A stretch of DNA of 62,759 bases, filler included, from Globobulimina sp. (GCA_003354225.1; 50 parts of 50 records of this genome joined end to end with filler, not necessarily neighbours in it), one strand, 5' to 3'; shown: positions 22,645 through 35,339, numbered from the whole stretch's first letter. A program made the numbers and translations. Notes: a model not told the origin generated them from the letters alone.

Positions 22645-23673
22645 TAACAACTCATCCATATCACGTGGTGAATAATTGCTTACGCCCAAATATTTAATTT
22701 TTCCCAAATTATATAACTCCTCCAATTCTTCCCAAGCTTCACGCAAACGGCGCTTATCCCCAATGGCGCCATGACTCATATAAACGTCCATATATTCAAT
22801 GCCTAATCGCTCCAACGAGGCATAGAAAGCTTTTGTAGTGACATGTTTGCCATAGTTTTTATTAAACGATAACTTTGAAGCAATCATAATTTCATTTCGG
22901 TCGATTCCGCTCTCAATAATTGCTTTACCGATAGTTTCTTCATTGTGATAGTTTTCCGATGTATCGATCAAACGATAACCATTTCTTAATGCTTTTACTA
23001 CGGAATCTTTACATTTATCGCCTGTTATTGGCCATGACCCAAAACCTATTAATGGGAAATCTGATGCATTTTCATTAAATTTAACAGTGGGAATAAACGG
23101 ATTATTACGGTCAAATTGGATGTTTGAGGGGATATTATTTCTATTTCCTGCAATTTCATATTTAATACCAATTCCATGGGCGGAATAAAGCGGCATTTTT
23201 ATGATATAATCGGGTTTTAAAAAATGAGGTAAATAAAATCTCAAATGATCATCAAAAACATTATAAACGACTTTAACAAAGTCTTTCCAGGCATACTCTG
23301 TGGATTTCTCACGCCATGCACGAAATTTATTAAATACATTCATTTCCAATGAATACAATTTAGACCATATTTGTTGATGATTTTCCCCACCGATTTGGAA
23401 ATTTGCTGGTTCCTCATAATATTGTATGGCTAAACGTGCATTCCGCACATAATATAATATAGACATTGAGATACCAAATTTGCCCCAGCCTGGATTATAA
23501 TTATCTGCATCGTTTAATATTTCTTTTATTGCGTCTAAATCATACGCTTGTGCTGCAACCCTGGCAAATGGTGGAGACACGAAAGTTATTGCACTTTCGG
23601 ATTTTGAATCACCGAATGAAAGTGCAACGCGTACAATAGCTGAGAAAAATACGACTGTTTGTAACCATACCAT
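22645..23673 (-). CDS. Aldo-keto reductase with a signal peptide and ~200-aa N-terminal extension, 3'-truncated
   Basis: PLIGFGSW, GYRLIDTSENYHNE, IASKL, LERLGIEYMDVYMSH, GKIKYLGVSNY. Confidence 0.92.
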
Positions 23674-23937
23674 CCTTGGATACAGATTTTGGCAAAAAGT
23701 ACAACAGGTTCTTTGGCCAATAGTTGAAACTTGAAAGTGAAGTAAATGTTTTTTTCATCAATTTTTTCATTCAAAACAATCCTTTCTACTCTGACTTTTC
23801 TNNNNNNNNNNNNNNNNNNNNNNNNNNNNNNNNNNNNNNNNNNNNTTAATTAATTAANNNNNNNNNNNNNNNNNNNNNNNNNNNNNNNNNNNNNNNNNNN
23901 NCTAGGAGGGGACAGGCCCCAAAAACCCAAGAGGAAT

Positions 23938-24100
23938 TTTTTGAAAAATGAGAAAATCTATGAAAAATGAGAAAAATCTATGAAAAATGAGAAAAATCCA
24001 TGAAAAATGAAAAAAATGAAAAAATCTATGAAAAATGAGAAAAATCCATGAAAATGAGAATAATCTATGAAAAATGAGAAAAATCCATGAAAATGAGAAA
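23938..24100. repeat. ~20-bp A-rich tandem repeat (AAAATGAGAAAATCTATGA variants)
   Basis: About 8 degenerate copies. Confidence 0.9.
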
Positions 24101-24488
24101 ACCCAACATGAACTTCTTGTTCCTCTTGGGGATAAATTCCAAAGGTCTAATAATCGTCGATTTACATTATCAATACAATTTGCAATCTCTTCTTTATCAT
24201 ATCCTAATTTAATTAATTCATTTATTAGCTCTGTTTTCAGCGTTGCCATTGCTGCGTGTTTTGAATTTGTGACCCGATATTCGACTGCTTTTGTGTTGGT
24301 CTGATGAGAAAACAAAAAGATAGCACTTCTGTCTTGAATTGAAACACAGAGAAAAAAAACAGTTTTTTTTGTTTGATATTTAATTTTGTTCATTCAATAG
24401 AGATTTATGGATAAGTAGCACTGCGGTGGACAGTGTATGTGGTTCTTGTCGCCAATATAATGCAGAAAAAACATCAGGAATCCATGAT

Positions 24489-24846
24489 AAAGCAGATCGA
24501 GTAATTATTACTGTCATATTTGTCCCATGCATCTGCATCCCACCATCAATGCCTTTTGTTTGAAAACAAACGTTTTCCGTTTTCATAAAGCATTTGCTAT
24601 TACACATCTCATCAAATACTTTGCCCGTACTTTGGTTTAGAGGGAGATGGTGATAACAATGCATAGGATCTAAAATTGCATACAAAGTACGGGGAAAGCA
24701 ATTGCATGATTCATGGGGGCGTTTTTCTTTTCGTCTTCAAATAATACAGCATTGCGAGAAGGGGGTAACTCTCCGGTGCTAAATATTTATCAGGATCCAC
24801 TGTCGTAAATATACTCATCATGTTCATGTATTACTCGATCTGCTTT
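24489..24846. repeat. 17-bp perfect inverted repeat enclosing 358 bp (possible MITE)
   Basis: AAAGCAGATCGAGTAAT (24489-24505) and ATTACTCGATCTGCTTT (24830-24846). Confidence 0.6.
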
Positions 24847-24948
24847 GCATTTGCGACGATAAACACACACACTGTCCATTCTTGTGTTACTTGACCTTTT
24901 TATCTAAATTAAAAAAACCTTGACTGAGCCACTCCTCCCAACCTAACA

Positions 24949-25058
24949 ATGAGTTTAGCAATCACAATAACCGGCGTCAGGGCGCGTCAGATTTACGACT
25001 CGCGTGGAAACCCGACCGTCGAAGTCGACATTACGACCCAACAGGGCCAATTCCGTGC
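24949..25058 (+). CDS. ENO: Enolase, N-terminal fragment (too short for the ORF track)
   Basis: [37 protein letters not shown]. Confidence 0.95.
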
Positions 25059-25261
25059 NNNNNNNNNNNNNNNNNNNNNNNNNNNNNNNNNNNNNNNNNN
25101 NNTTAATTAATTAANNNNNNNNNNNNNNNNNNNNNNNNNNNNNNNNNNNNNNNNNNNNATTTCAACGATTAGCAAAGTTTTTGGGTTAGCTAGAGTGGTT
25201 TTGAACTAGTATTCGAAGTTGACCTAGGTCATCGAATACTAGGTCAACTTAAAAAGTTAAA

Positions 25262-25438
25262 GGGAATGTTCTAATATTACGTACTTGGAATTGATACCTA
25301 GGACCTAGGTGTCGTTAATTGTAATAAATTGTAATAACTTCTTTTTGCAAGCTGGTCACTCCGATCTCAATTGTAATAAATTGTAATTGATGACACCTAC
25401 TAGGATCAATTCTAATTACGTAATACTAGAACATTCCC
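25262..25438. mobile_element. MITE-like element with ~55-bp imperfect TIRs
   Basis: GGGAATGTTCTAATATTACGTA.. and ..TACGTAATACTAGAACATTCCC; internal duplicated AATTGTAATAAATTGTAAT; no ORF. Confidence 0.75.
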
Positions 25439-25663
25439 CAACACCCTGAAACACTTCCATATTAAGGGGATAAATCTATGATATATCAGCTTGATCGATA
25501 ATATTCTAAATGGCGAGAAGTGGTTATATGATAATTATGGCCGTTTGATGGGTACATTTCGCCGTGTTAATAATAATTCCGATGACTCTGTTTGTTGAGT
25601 TGTTAGGACGGCATTGTTTCAACTAAAAAGATGTGAAAAAGTTGCTACAATAATGTTAAAGTA

Positions 25664-26315
25664 ATGGAAGAACCCGGACAAATAGAAGGTGAATTACCTC
25701 CTGCTTATGCGACAACTGAATTGCCTCCTTCCTATATTGAAGCTCCTCCAGCTTATGATACTGTCGAATATGCTCCCTCAGCACCACTGCAATTGCAAGA
25801 AGAAAAGAAGGATAAACCATTAATATCGTTTAAAGCTGATATTGGATGTACAATCCACGACATTGCCACCGTTTTTCAACAACAATCTGACAGCGCAAAA
25901 GGTATACATATCTCATCTATGCAATTTTAATATATAATTATACCAAAACATAAGAGGTTTTGTGGCAAAAATTGGCAAAAGATAAGTCACAGTTAACCAC
26001 ATTTGTAGAACTCTACACAATAACAATGGGTCTTATTGCCCTAACCTTGCAAACACAAAATAATTTGAATAAACCACCTCAAAATGCAATCAAATTATTA
26101 ACACGCCAATTAATCACAAAATTACCTCAAAATATAAATGGTGAAGCAATGTTATCAAAACAGGAATTTTTAAACAATATTGAGAATATACTGTATAATA
26201 TACATCATGAAATGACGAATGATGCTCCAAGAATGCAACAACAAGAAATGAAACAAGATGCTGCTGTAATAAATATGCACCATGAGACCATTGACTATGT
26301 TGAATACGATGGTAC
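25664..26315 (+). CDS. Hypothetical protein with three PPxY motifs and a PSAP motif; short intron near 25901-25955
   Basis: LPPAYATTELPPSYIEAPPAYDTVEYAPSAP. Confidence 0.7.
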
Positions 26316-27672
26316 NNNNNNNNNNNNNNNNNNNNNNNNNNNNNNNNNNNNNNNNNNNNTTAATTAATTAANNNNNNNNNNNNNNNNNNNNNNNNNNNNN
26401 NNNNNNNNNNNNNNNGAATCAAGTTCGGTTTCAATTAATTAATTCCAATGTTCGGTTAAGTTCCCACACCCAAGATCACTTCATAAGGTGGATTTCAAAT
26501 CAGGAGATTGGTTTAGGGCAGAGAAACCTATTATTGCTTATAGGGATTTTTGTAGAAAATTAACAAGACTTTCAAAAACAAGTATAAATAGAGCTATAAC
26601 AGAACAGCAAGCGTCATAGGCAAGCCAAACGCCGAAAAGTGGTATTATCAGGGCAGCCTCTCTAACTACATGTTAAGGCGTGGTCCCGACTCCATGATGA
26701 CCAATCAGCTTCAATCGGCACCTTCAAAAGAGGCCAAAGCAGCATACTAATGAACAAACAGACAACACCCACACAACATAAAAACATTTTCCTGCCAAGC
26801 TGGATAAACCCTGAGAATAAAAGCCCTACAAACGTAGACACTGACTCATCCAAGATACGTTAACTAGAGGGAATAATAATACTGCATTTGTGACACGAGA
26901 AACTTGTAATTATTTCCTCTATGCGCTTCGCTTATACGTAAATAACTCAAGTTTCTCTTTTTACAAACATAAAAGCAAACAACAGTAGGTAGGATATATT
27001 TTATTGGCATATGAAAAGAAAACAAATGTATGGACGCTGTTTACTTTAAAAAACGGCATATGATTAGATAGGGAGAAATTGATGATGGATGAGATACCTA
27101 TTAATGGAGGAGAAATTGATTAGATAATTAATTAGCACACAATACACACGAGTAGCAGTACCAATAAGTAACTTCAGTAAATCGTGCGATGAATGGACGA
27201 AGGTACACTATACATATACATACTTCCTAAATTTAATGAAAACATAGATGGCGCAATAAATAGCCCAGAATTAAAAGGATATATGCACAATTCAGCACAC
27301 AAGGTGTACTATAGTTACTGTACCAAAAAAACTTCCTGAAAGCAACTCATGAATTGTCTTAAGAAACGTCACCCATTACACCATCATAACTTCAGTCCTT
27401 CCTTAGGTCCAGTGCTGCGATTAAGGTGACACTGCATACTAAGGTGAAGATCCGACAGGTGCGCATTCCGTGTTTCTTTTTCTTGATTCGTCTCATGTCT
27501 TGTGTTTCTTTTTGTGCAGGGATTTCTTCTCATTTTTGCTACGATGCTTGTAGGCGTCGCAGGATGGTCCCCNNNNNNNNNNNNNNNNNNNNNNNNNNNN
27601 NNNNNNNNNNNNNNNNTTAATTAATTAANNNNNNNNNNNNNNNNNNNNNNNNNNNNNNNNNNNNNNNNNNNN

Positions 27673-28215
27673 TCACCTATTGAGAATGTATTAGAAACGC
27701 CTGTTAATGTTGATATTAATATTAATAATGTGATTCACGACGCAGCATCATCGACAAACAAAGAAAATGTGACATCTGAGAGAAACGATAGTACATTGTT
27801 ACCAGAATTAAGGTCGCCAGAACCTGTGCATATTAACGGATTGGAAACGCATGTTATTGTTAATATTAATAATGATACCTATAACTATTCAATTAAACAC
27901 GATAACGCATCGCATAAAACAAATACAACAACAAACAAACATCACGGCATTCCTATATTTATGAGACATTCAATTTGTGTGTTGTCTTTTGCAGTGTTTG
28001 TAATGTTAGTTGTATGTATTTTGATTGTTTATGCATTCCGAGATAATATTCGTGCGAAATTGTATTCGCAATCAAGTAAACAAAGAGTAGGAAGACATAT
28101 GGCAATGCAAGTAAACGATGCATTTGTGACTAATGTAGATAATGCTTTTATTCATACAAGTATTAGCTATGAAGATCGCCAAATTAAACAAGACTGGATA
28201 CGAGGAACTCTTTAA
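27673..28215 (+). CDS. Single-pass membrane protein, C-terminal fragment
   Basis: Hydrophobic ICVLSFAVFVMLVVCILIVYAF. Confidence 0.55.
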   Translation, partial: SPIENVLETPVNVDININNVIHDAASSTNKENVTSERNDSTLLPELRSPEPVHINGLETHVIVNINNDTYNYSIKHDNASHKTNTTTNKHHGIPIFMRHSICVLSFAVFVMLVVCILIVYAFRDNIRAKLYSQSSKQRVGRHMAMQVNDAFVTNVDNAFIHTSISYEDRQIKQDWIRGTL

Positions 28216-28507
28216 TAGTTTGTGGCGCATGATATATACAAAGAAGAATGACATTTTTTCTTTCTTTTTACTGTAGAAAATTTAAAATGCTTTTATTCAC
28301 TTCACTTGATCATGTCAGCCTTGTTTCACCGTCTGAACGTACTAAGAAGAAGAAACTTGAAACAATGCCTGGTATATTTTAATATATATAATCAGTAAAC
28401 ATATATTAACTGTCCAATACAAAAGATAGCATTCAATAATTTCAATCAATCAACAACACGCATCTTCTTCAAAAACCAATCATGAACTACCACAATGGAG
28501 CAAATTA

Positions 28508-28829
28508 ATGTACAATGCAGATGGATCGATAAAAGATTATTACAGTGTGTTTGGACTACAATCATGTACGACCTATGACGAAATAAAAAAAGCATATTAT
28601 GATTTAAACAAATTACTACATCCAGACTCACGAATATGTGATGTCAACATTAACATCGATGCTAAAACAGCATTGGCGAAGTTAGGTGAAGCGCAAGAAG
28701 CGTATTACGTATTGAGGAGCAGGAGACGTCGCGCGGAGTATGACTCTGAGTGTAAGCGAATAGCCATGTTACTCACACCCGATGTGGAGGAATTAGTGCA
28801 CGATATAACTGGATGGGTTTCTAAAACGG
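28508..28829 (+). CDS. J-domain (DnaJ) protein, fragment
   Basis: DYYSVFGL..EIKKAYY..LHPD..EAYYVL..RRAEYD. Confidence 0.9.
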
Positions 28830-28929
28830 NNNNNNNNNNNNNNNNNNNNNNNNNNNNNNNNNNNNNNNNNNNNTTAATTAATTAANNNNNNNNNNNNNNN
28901 NNNNNNNNNNNNNNNNNNNNNNNNNNNNN

Positions 28930-29187
28930 TAGTGCATTTAAGTGAAAAGAAAGTAAAGTCACTAATTCAGTGCCATTTCATTCGTTCAGCAACGATATCA
29001 AGGTTTTCAACTCAATTAAAAACTTAATGTGCTACAAAATATGTAAGTTATTGTTTATTATGTCCTTTTACATATAAATACGTTGATATAATTCAGTATT
29101 TATTCGTTTAGTCTGTTAAATATTGATTGTAGACGGATAAAATCAACTGGATTATAGATTTTACTTTCTTTTCACTTAAATGCACTA
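28930..29187. mobile_element. MITE-like element with a 28-bp perfect TIR
   Basis: TAGTGCATTTAAGTGAAAAGAAAGTAAA (28930-28957) is the exact reverse complement of 29160-29187. Confidence 0.8.
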
Positions 29188-29218
29188 ACTCTATTGTATA
29201 ATGAAAATATGAATATCT

Positions 29219-30062
29219 ATGTATTCAAGCGACGAATTAGCTGAGATAAAAGACGAAGAGATTGATGATATTGCGGAGGAACTGAGCTTGCGTACATTGC
29301 AGAAAGCAAAACTACGATATATTTTAAAGAAAGCAAAATGTGACGATGTTTTGGTATGTTTCTGTAATGATTTGTTGCTGATTAATTCATTGAATTGCAT
29401 TTAAGAATGTTATCACTGAGAAAGAACGAGCGGCAATAACTTCCATCACAAATAAAATCCATAGGATCGAGAAATCTCTACAACGCATTGATAAAGTAGA
29501 AAGCGGTAAATTCTATGTTGTGATAAACCTAACCTTTTACCTCCAAAATACTATATTTACAGTCATCGACGAGGCATTGATCAATGGAAAGAAACAAATC
29601 GAAGCAGCATTTACTGAGTTAATACAAGTTTTAACTAAACGCAAAGAGCAATTAATCAACAAATTGCATAAAGCGGCGACTGAACATAAGAATAAATTAA
29701 AAGACAGAAATAAAAGACTAAATGGACTCCATTCAAAATATACACAGAAACGGATTGAATGCAACAATTTGATTAAAAAACCTGTAGAAATCACAGAAAT
29801 GCATTTAAGAGAAGATAAAGTTGCAAACTTGTCCCAAGACAATGTCCCGTTGGTAATTCCAAATATAACATATGATGAATATAAAATTAATATATTTCTA
29901 GATAGCCACCAATTAATTAAAAACATCAACGATTATGGTGATATTTCGTCGGATGAGTTAATGCGACATAATCAGAGCGATAACAATGAAAATAATAATG
30001 ATAACAATGATGATGAGCTCAAGTCAGATATCATTGAGCATCGTAGTGTTGAAAGGTGGTGA
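29219..30062 (+). CDS. SAM-like plus B-box-type coiled-coil protein, multi-exon fragment
   Basis: LAEIKDEEIDDIAEELSLRTLQKAKL; IEAAFTELIQVLTKRKEQLINKL; short GT-AG introns. Confidence 0.6.
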
Positions 30063-30186
30063 AAACACCCATTTGACACGTGTATGNNNNNNNNNNNNNN
30101 NNNNNNNNNNNNNNNNNNNNNNNNNNNNNNTTAATTAATTAANNNNNNNNNNNNNNNNNNNNNNNNNNNNNNNNNNNNNNNNNNNN

Positions 30187-31004
30187 GAAGACAATAAGTT
30201 TGAATATATTTCGTGTAATGATATTTGCCGATTGCCTGAAAACGAAATTATTTCATTTTCTGCCACAAATTCGCTGCCCATTTCTGATAATAATTTATGA
30301 AAAGCTAATGATAAAAACTTAGCATTTGAATAATAACCGGATGGTAATACATTTACGGCAGATGGGCCAATCTCAATATTTCGCAGAATAATATTTGTAA
30401 ATCCATTAAATTGTATACCGCCAACTTCAAAGTTATATATTTTTAGGTTTGCAATGGTGACATCATTGGCTTCGTTTGAATGTATTCCGTGATGCGATGA
30501 TAAACCTAATGTACCGGAATGAATATAAATATTTGACACTGCGGATAATTTGCCAAAATCTGTTGGGCCGAAACCTTTTGGAAATGGTGATTTCCCAATT
30601 TCAATAATACTGAAAAAGCGTTGTTGAATATAAAAGTAAGGATGTTGCGATATTTCAAATGAATTTAAATCAATTTCGACATTATCAGTTTCAATGGTTA
30701 TGGCGGAAAAAAAGCCCAATGCAAATGCACCATTTTCAAATGCATCACATCCTTCGTATAATGATGGATCATTTGGAAACCAATTAAAATTTGAATTTGG
30801 TGAATAGATACCACCTGATAATGGATTTAATATTATATCTTGGGATAAACAATATTTCCCTGATTCTAATATGCGGTATGTCCCTAATTCAAAATCGGAT
30901 GATGTTAAACATTTGGTACATGACGCATCACATAGTGGTTTCGATTGTGTTAATAATGGTAACAAAACTGGTGTTAATAGCCATACCAACAAATTAAGAG
31001 ACAT
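30187..31004 (-). CDS. Secreted right-handed parallel beta-helix protein
   Basis: Signal peptide; GTYRILESGKYCL; ITIETDNVEIDLN; HHGIHSNEANDVTIANLKIYNFEVGGIQFNG. Confidence 0.75.
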
Positions 31005-31540
31005 TTGTTAGGGGGATGGTAAATGGAGGGAGGAAGGACGTATGGTAATGAAATACAAAAACTCAAAAAACTGGAACAAATAACATTTTGACAAAATGTG
31101 TAAACTTTAAAGATTTGCGATGTTTGTTGAAAACTTTCTTACAACACTAACAAACTCATCTTTTCTCGACACCACAAACTCATCCTAACCAAAACCATTC
31201 CAATTCCAATTTAGAAAGACTACAGAATGAGAAAGCAACATCAATTCACTTAAATTGTCCATTAATACTGGTATGTTTTAAAAACAAAACTCATTTTATA
31301 CACTATTCGCTGATGATACCCAATTTTTCATCCCCAAGTATTCNNNNNNNNNNNNNNNNNNNNNNNNNNNNNNNNNNNNNNNNNNNNTTAATTAATTAAN
31401 NNNNNNNNNNNNNNNNNNNNNNNNNNNNNNNNNNNNNNNNNNNCCAAATCTTCTTTAAATATATGCTTTCCTTAAGCTATCATCACAATGAACTGTTGTA
31501 TGCCTCAATGGGTTAGGTTTTATGCAAAGTGGTGCCGCAA

Positions 31541-32400
31541 TCACACGATATGGCGATAATTAATACGGACATTCTGAGCAAATCGATGTAGAAAGGGATG
31601 ATAATCGACAACCGCTTCAATCGCACCTTCTTTCATAATATATCGAATTCCATGTTTTTTAGAAATTTCTTGAATTTGCCGTGCAGCCAAAGCATAATAA
31701 ACGAGATAAATGGAGGGTGCGATATGGTGCTCAATCTGAGCATTAATGCCACCAAAATCCATCGTAAAGCAGTAGCCATCAAAAACCATCGTAAAAATAG
31801 CCATATATCCCATTGGCATTATATGTCACCGCAGATTCAATGGATTATTAATAATATCCTCATCGGCTCGCTCGGCTTGTTCATAATGGAAATGTGCTAA
31901 ATCTTTTTGGTTATGAGATATCTGAAATAAATACGCATAAAACATGTGCTCCTCTTTCAAACCAAACACAATTAAACCAATATAGCCACATAAACCACCA
32001 ATAAAATGACCAAACAATGTATTTCTTAGCGATGCCGGTGGTTGAGACGTCACTGACGATTTGCCGGATTGGCCCAACAATATACAACATTTCAAATAAA
32101 AGCGCCGTATAAAAAGATTGATATTTATGAAAAAAAGGCGATTCGCACATAAAGGGATAGGTCATCCAAATATCGTTATCTTCCTCGCTGTTCACATAAA
32201 TATGATGCGATTTTTGATGGAAATCGATCCAACGACGCGTTGGAAATAAAATATGTATGTTTTGAATGGCGGTATAAATGGGCGACAAAATCGTTTCTAG
32301 TAATTTAATGACATATAATTTGCCACAATGATGTCGAACGTGTACTATGTGACAATAGGAATAAACCAAAGGTAAATCGCGTAGACAATGAGGGATAAAA
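31541..32400 (-). pseudogene. Fatty-acid desaturase-like pseudogene
   Basis: His boxes HVRHH, HQKSHH and QIEHH lie across two frames, with one frameshift and an in-frame TGA at 31826-31828. Confidence 0.7.
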
Positions 32401-33464
32401 TAATTGATAGTAAAAGGTAATAAATTTAATTTAACTTTTAATCCATTCCAATGTCCTCCATATGATGTCCAATGACTATATATATGATTTTATTTTTGCC
32501 TTTTTTTTATTTTTTGTGGCAAAATCGCCTGTTGTTTTTGAGATCGCTTTTAAACTAAGATAGCATATGCTTATGTTGCATAGATGTTTCGTATGTAAAC
32601 NNNNNNNNNNNNNNNNNNNNNNNNNNNNNNNNNNNNNNNNNNNNTTAATTAATTAANNNNNNNNNNNNNNNNNNNNNNNNNNNNNNNNNNNNNNNNNNNN
32701 TAAAATGTTGTCCTCGTATTAAAAATATAAATAAGTAGCGCCACTCATAAATACTATTGTCAAACGTTTTGTATATACAACGACATAAACACAAACATTT
32801 CGCCGTAGATACACACAAAAAACAAAGCATACCAATCAATACATAAAACTCACACAAACAAAAACAAAACAAAACAAACATTGAATTCGTTGCTAAACTA
32901 AACATAACAAAACATATAAAACACAAACATCAAAAACGAAGTTGGTTATCATTTATTAATAACTTGATACACTTTTCTTTGTTGATAATCAAACCATAAA
33001 AGCAAATGTTTTATGAAATCCATCTGACACAAAATCTATTTACAAAATATCCCTTTGCTAAATTGCAAACAATCCAAATAAATTCTGGTTAATTGACATA
33101 ACACTTTTCCATGAAAGGCAGATTCAAAGCGTCTGGATGTTTGATCTACAAATTCTGATAAATAATTTTGCTGATTCTTGTTTCAATTGTTTATGGATTG
33201 CTGTTGGTTGTCCAACACATAACAAATTTGTATAATTTTTGTTGCATGTTACTGATGAAACAAACTGGAAACAATGGGTCATTGTCTTGATATTGGTGTA
33301 ATGCATACTTTCTTATTGAATTGATAAAATACATCATGTAATTGTGACAAAAGGACTCATCTGAGTCATTCGGAAGAAGCCAATGCAACATACATTAGCC
33401 AAAAAAACTTTCTAACACACCACTGTAACACACCACTAAACTGCATACTGAGTTTATTATTGCA

Positions 33465-33857
33465 ATGTTAGGTGACGATGCAAAAACAGACAAAGAAGCA
33501 TCGAGTGAGCCAATTGCCTTAAACCGCGCTCATAATAATGATGTTAAGCTTTCTTCGATGTGGATTCATTTAATTGAGTCTCCGAGTGTTGAAGATTTAG
33601 AATATGAAAGAAAGTCATTCGAATCCGATCCGGATAATCATATACCAATGACCACAAAACGAGAGATATTGGCTTGGTATACGTATATGATTGCAGGTGC
33701 GGCAATTGATAGTATCGGATATGCACTTGTATATCCCCTATATTTATCCATTGTATCTACGAGATACGCCTGTTTACACAACACCCCCTTTCAATGTGAT
33801 TACTATAATGATCCCATATTAGCAGACGCATCAACAGTGGTCGTATACATTGGTCAA
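33465..33857 (+). CDS. Atg22/UMF1-like MFS transporter, N-terminal fragment
   Basis: TTKREILAWYTY..LVYPLYL, followed by a Cys-containing loop. Confidence 0.65.
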
Positions 33858-33957
33858 NNNNNNNNNNNNNNNNNNNNNNNNNNNNNNNNNNNNNNNNNNN
33901 NTTAATTAATTAANNNNNNNNNNNNNNNNNNNNNNNNNNNNNNNNNNNNNNNNNNNN

Positions 33958-35114
33958 GTGTTAGAGTGTTGAAATATTTATATGCGTTGTGTATTATTCG
34001 CATCGAATCCGGAGAACCCACACTATGGAAATGGAACAAAGAAAAAACAATACGAAAGTACTATGCATGTGATAGCTATTGGGTCTCGCACCAAACCCTT
34101 AATTATTTAGACATGGAAACCCATAACGACAACACTGTATTTATATCAGATCATTTTCCTAACATCGCCTATATGAGGAAATTTGATTATCATGAACGAC
34201 AAAGGATTACGAGGATGGAATGGAAATTAAACAAAATGGGAAAAACTGAATGAGGCAATGACAGTGACTATGGACCGATAGAACAACAAATGGAAGGCAA
34301 AGGAGATGACCCGGCGACAATCCATTCAGCAACACACGTATTACTAGATGCAGTTGTCCAGAATTCGGAAGCAGTGGTAGGGAGAAAGGCAACGCATGTA
34401 GTAAAGCCGTGGATTGATGAGGAATGTAAAAAAATCATTGATGCATATCGAATTCAGAAAAAGAAATGTCAATCAATCCTAAATAGAGTGACAAAGTTGA
34501 GGAAAATATGGGAGTACCAAAACAAAGACATAACGAAGGAAGAAATAAAGGAATACTTAGGAAAGAAGCAATATGATCGGTCGAGAGAGAAAGAGAGGAC
34601 GTGTCAGCAGAAACAACATAAATGGCAAAACCACAGAATGACTAAATTAGCTACCAACTCAAAAAGTAAAAGTTATTATGATACATTAAGGAGGGTTGAA
34701 GAATGTTGCTATGCGACCCACACTAATGTTGACCGAATTATTAAGCCATCAACATCAGTATACCCACTGAGCCCGGGAGAAAAATCAAAATTAACAATCA
34801 ACGATTACACAAAAAATGATGCTGAAACGGCAAACGAAATAAATCGCCACTTCAATTCGATAGGCACGGAGAAGAATCAAAACAAAGCGTCAGTATTACA
34901 AACGGATAGGAAGAAAGCCAGAGAGCTAGATCAAGAATTTGACTTTGCAGTGATAAACAAGCACCACAATACAGACAAACATGAAAAAGCACTGAAAAAA
35001 TTGGTATCGAAAATTGAAAATTCAGAGCTCCGGTAGCATGAAATGAGGCCAAGAAACTCGGCAACAACGGATGGAGAAATACATACTATTATCATCAAAA
35101 AAATATAAAAATCA
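33958..35114 (+). mobile_element. Degenerate non-LTR (LINE) retrotransposon, endonuclease-to-RT linker
   Basis: ISDHFP (APE end motif), KPWIDEECKK, ANEINRHFNSIG; interrupted by stops. Confidence 0.75.
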
Positions 35115-35339
35115 NNNNNNNNNNNNNNNNNNNNNNNNNNNNNNNNNNNNNNNNNNNNTTAATTAATTAANNNNNNNNNNNNNNNNNNNNNNNNNNNNNN
35201 NNNNNNNNNNNNNNATTAATACACACACAAAAACCTTGCATCCAACATGGGGTTATCTAATGGAATATATCGTTTATTTCAACGGTTGGTTAGCTAGAGA
35301 GGAAGATAATTTATTAAATGTCAACTAAGAAATTTAAGA

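Noticed and set aside
26416-27572. Possible decayed retroelement or recombinase
   Set aside because: Only short broken frames; no diagnostic motif recognised.
31826-31828. TGA reassignment or a non-standard genetic code
   Set aside because: A single case in a gene that also has a frameshift. Other genes end normally at TAA, TAG or TGA and have no internal stops.
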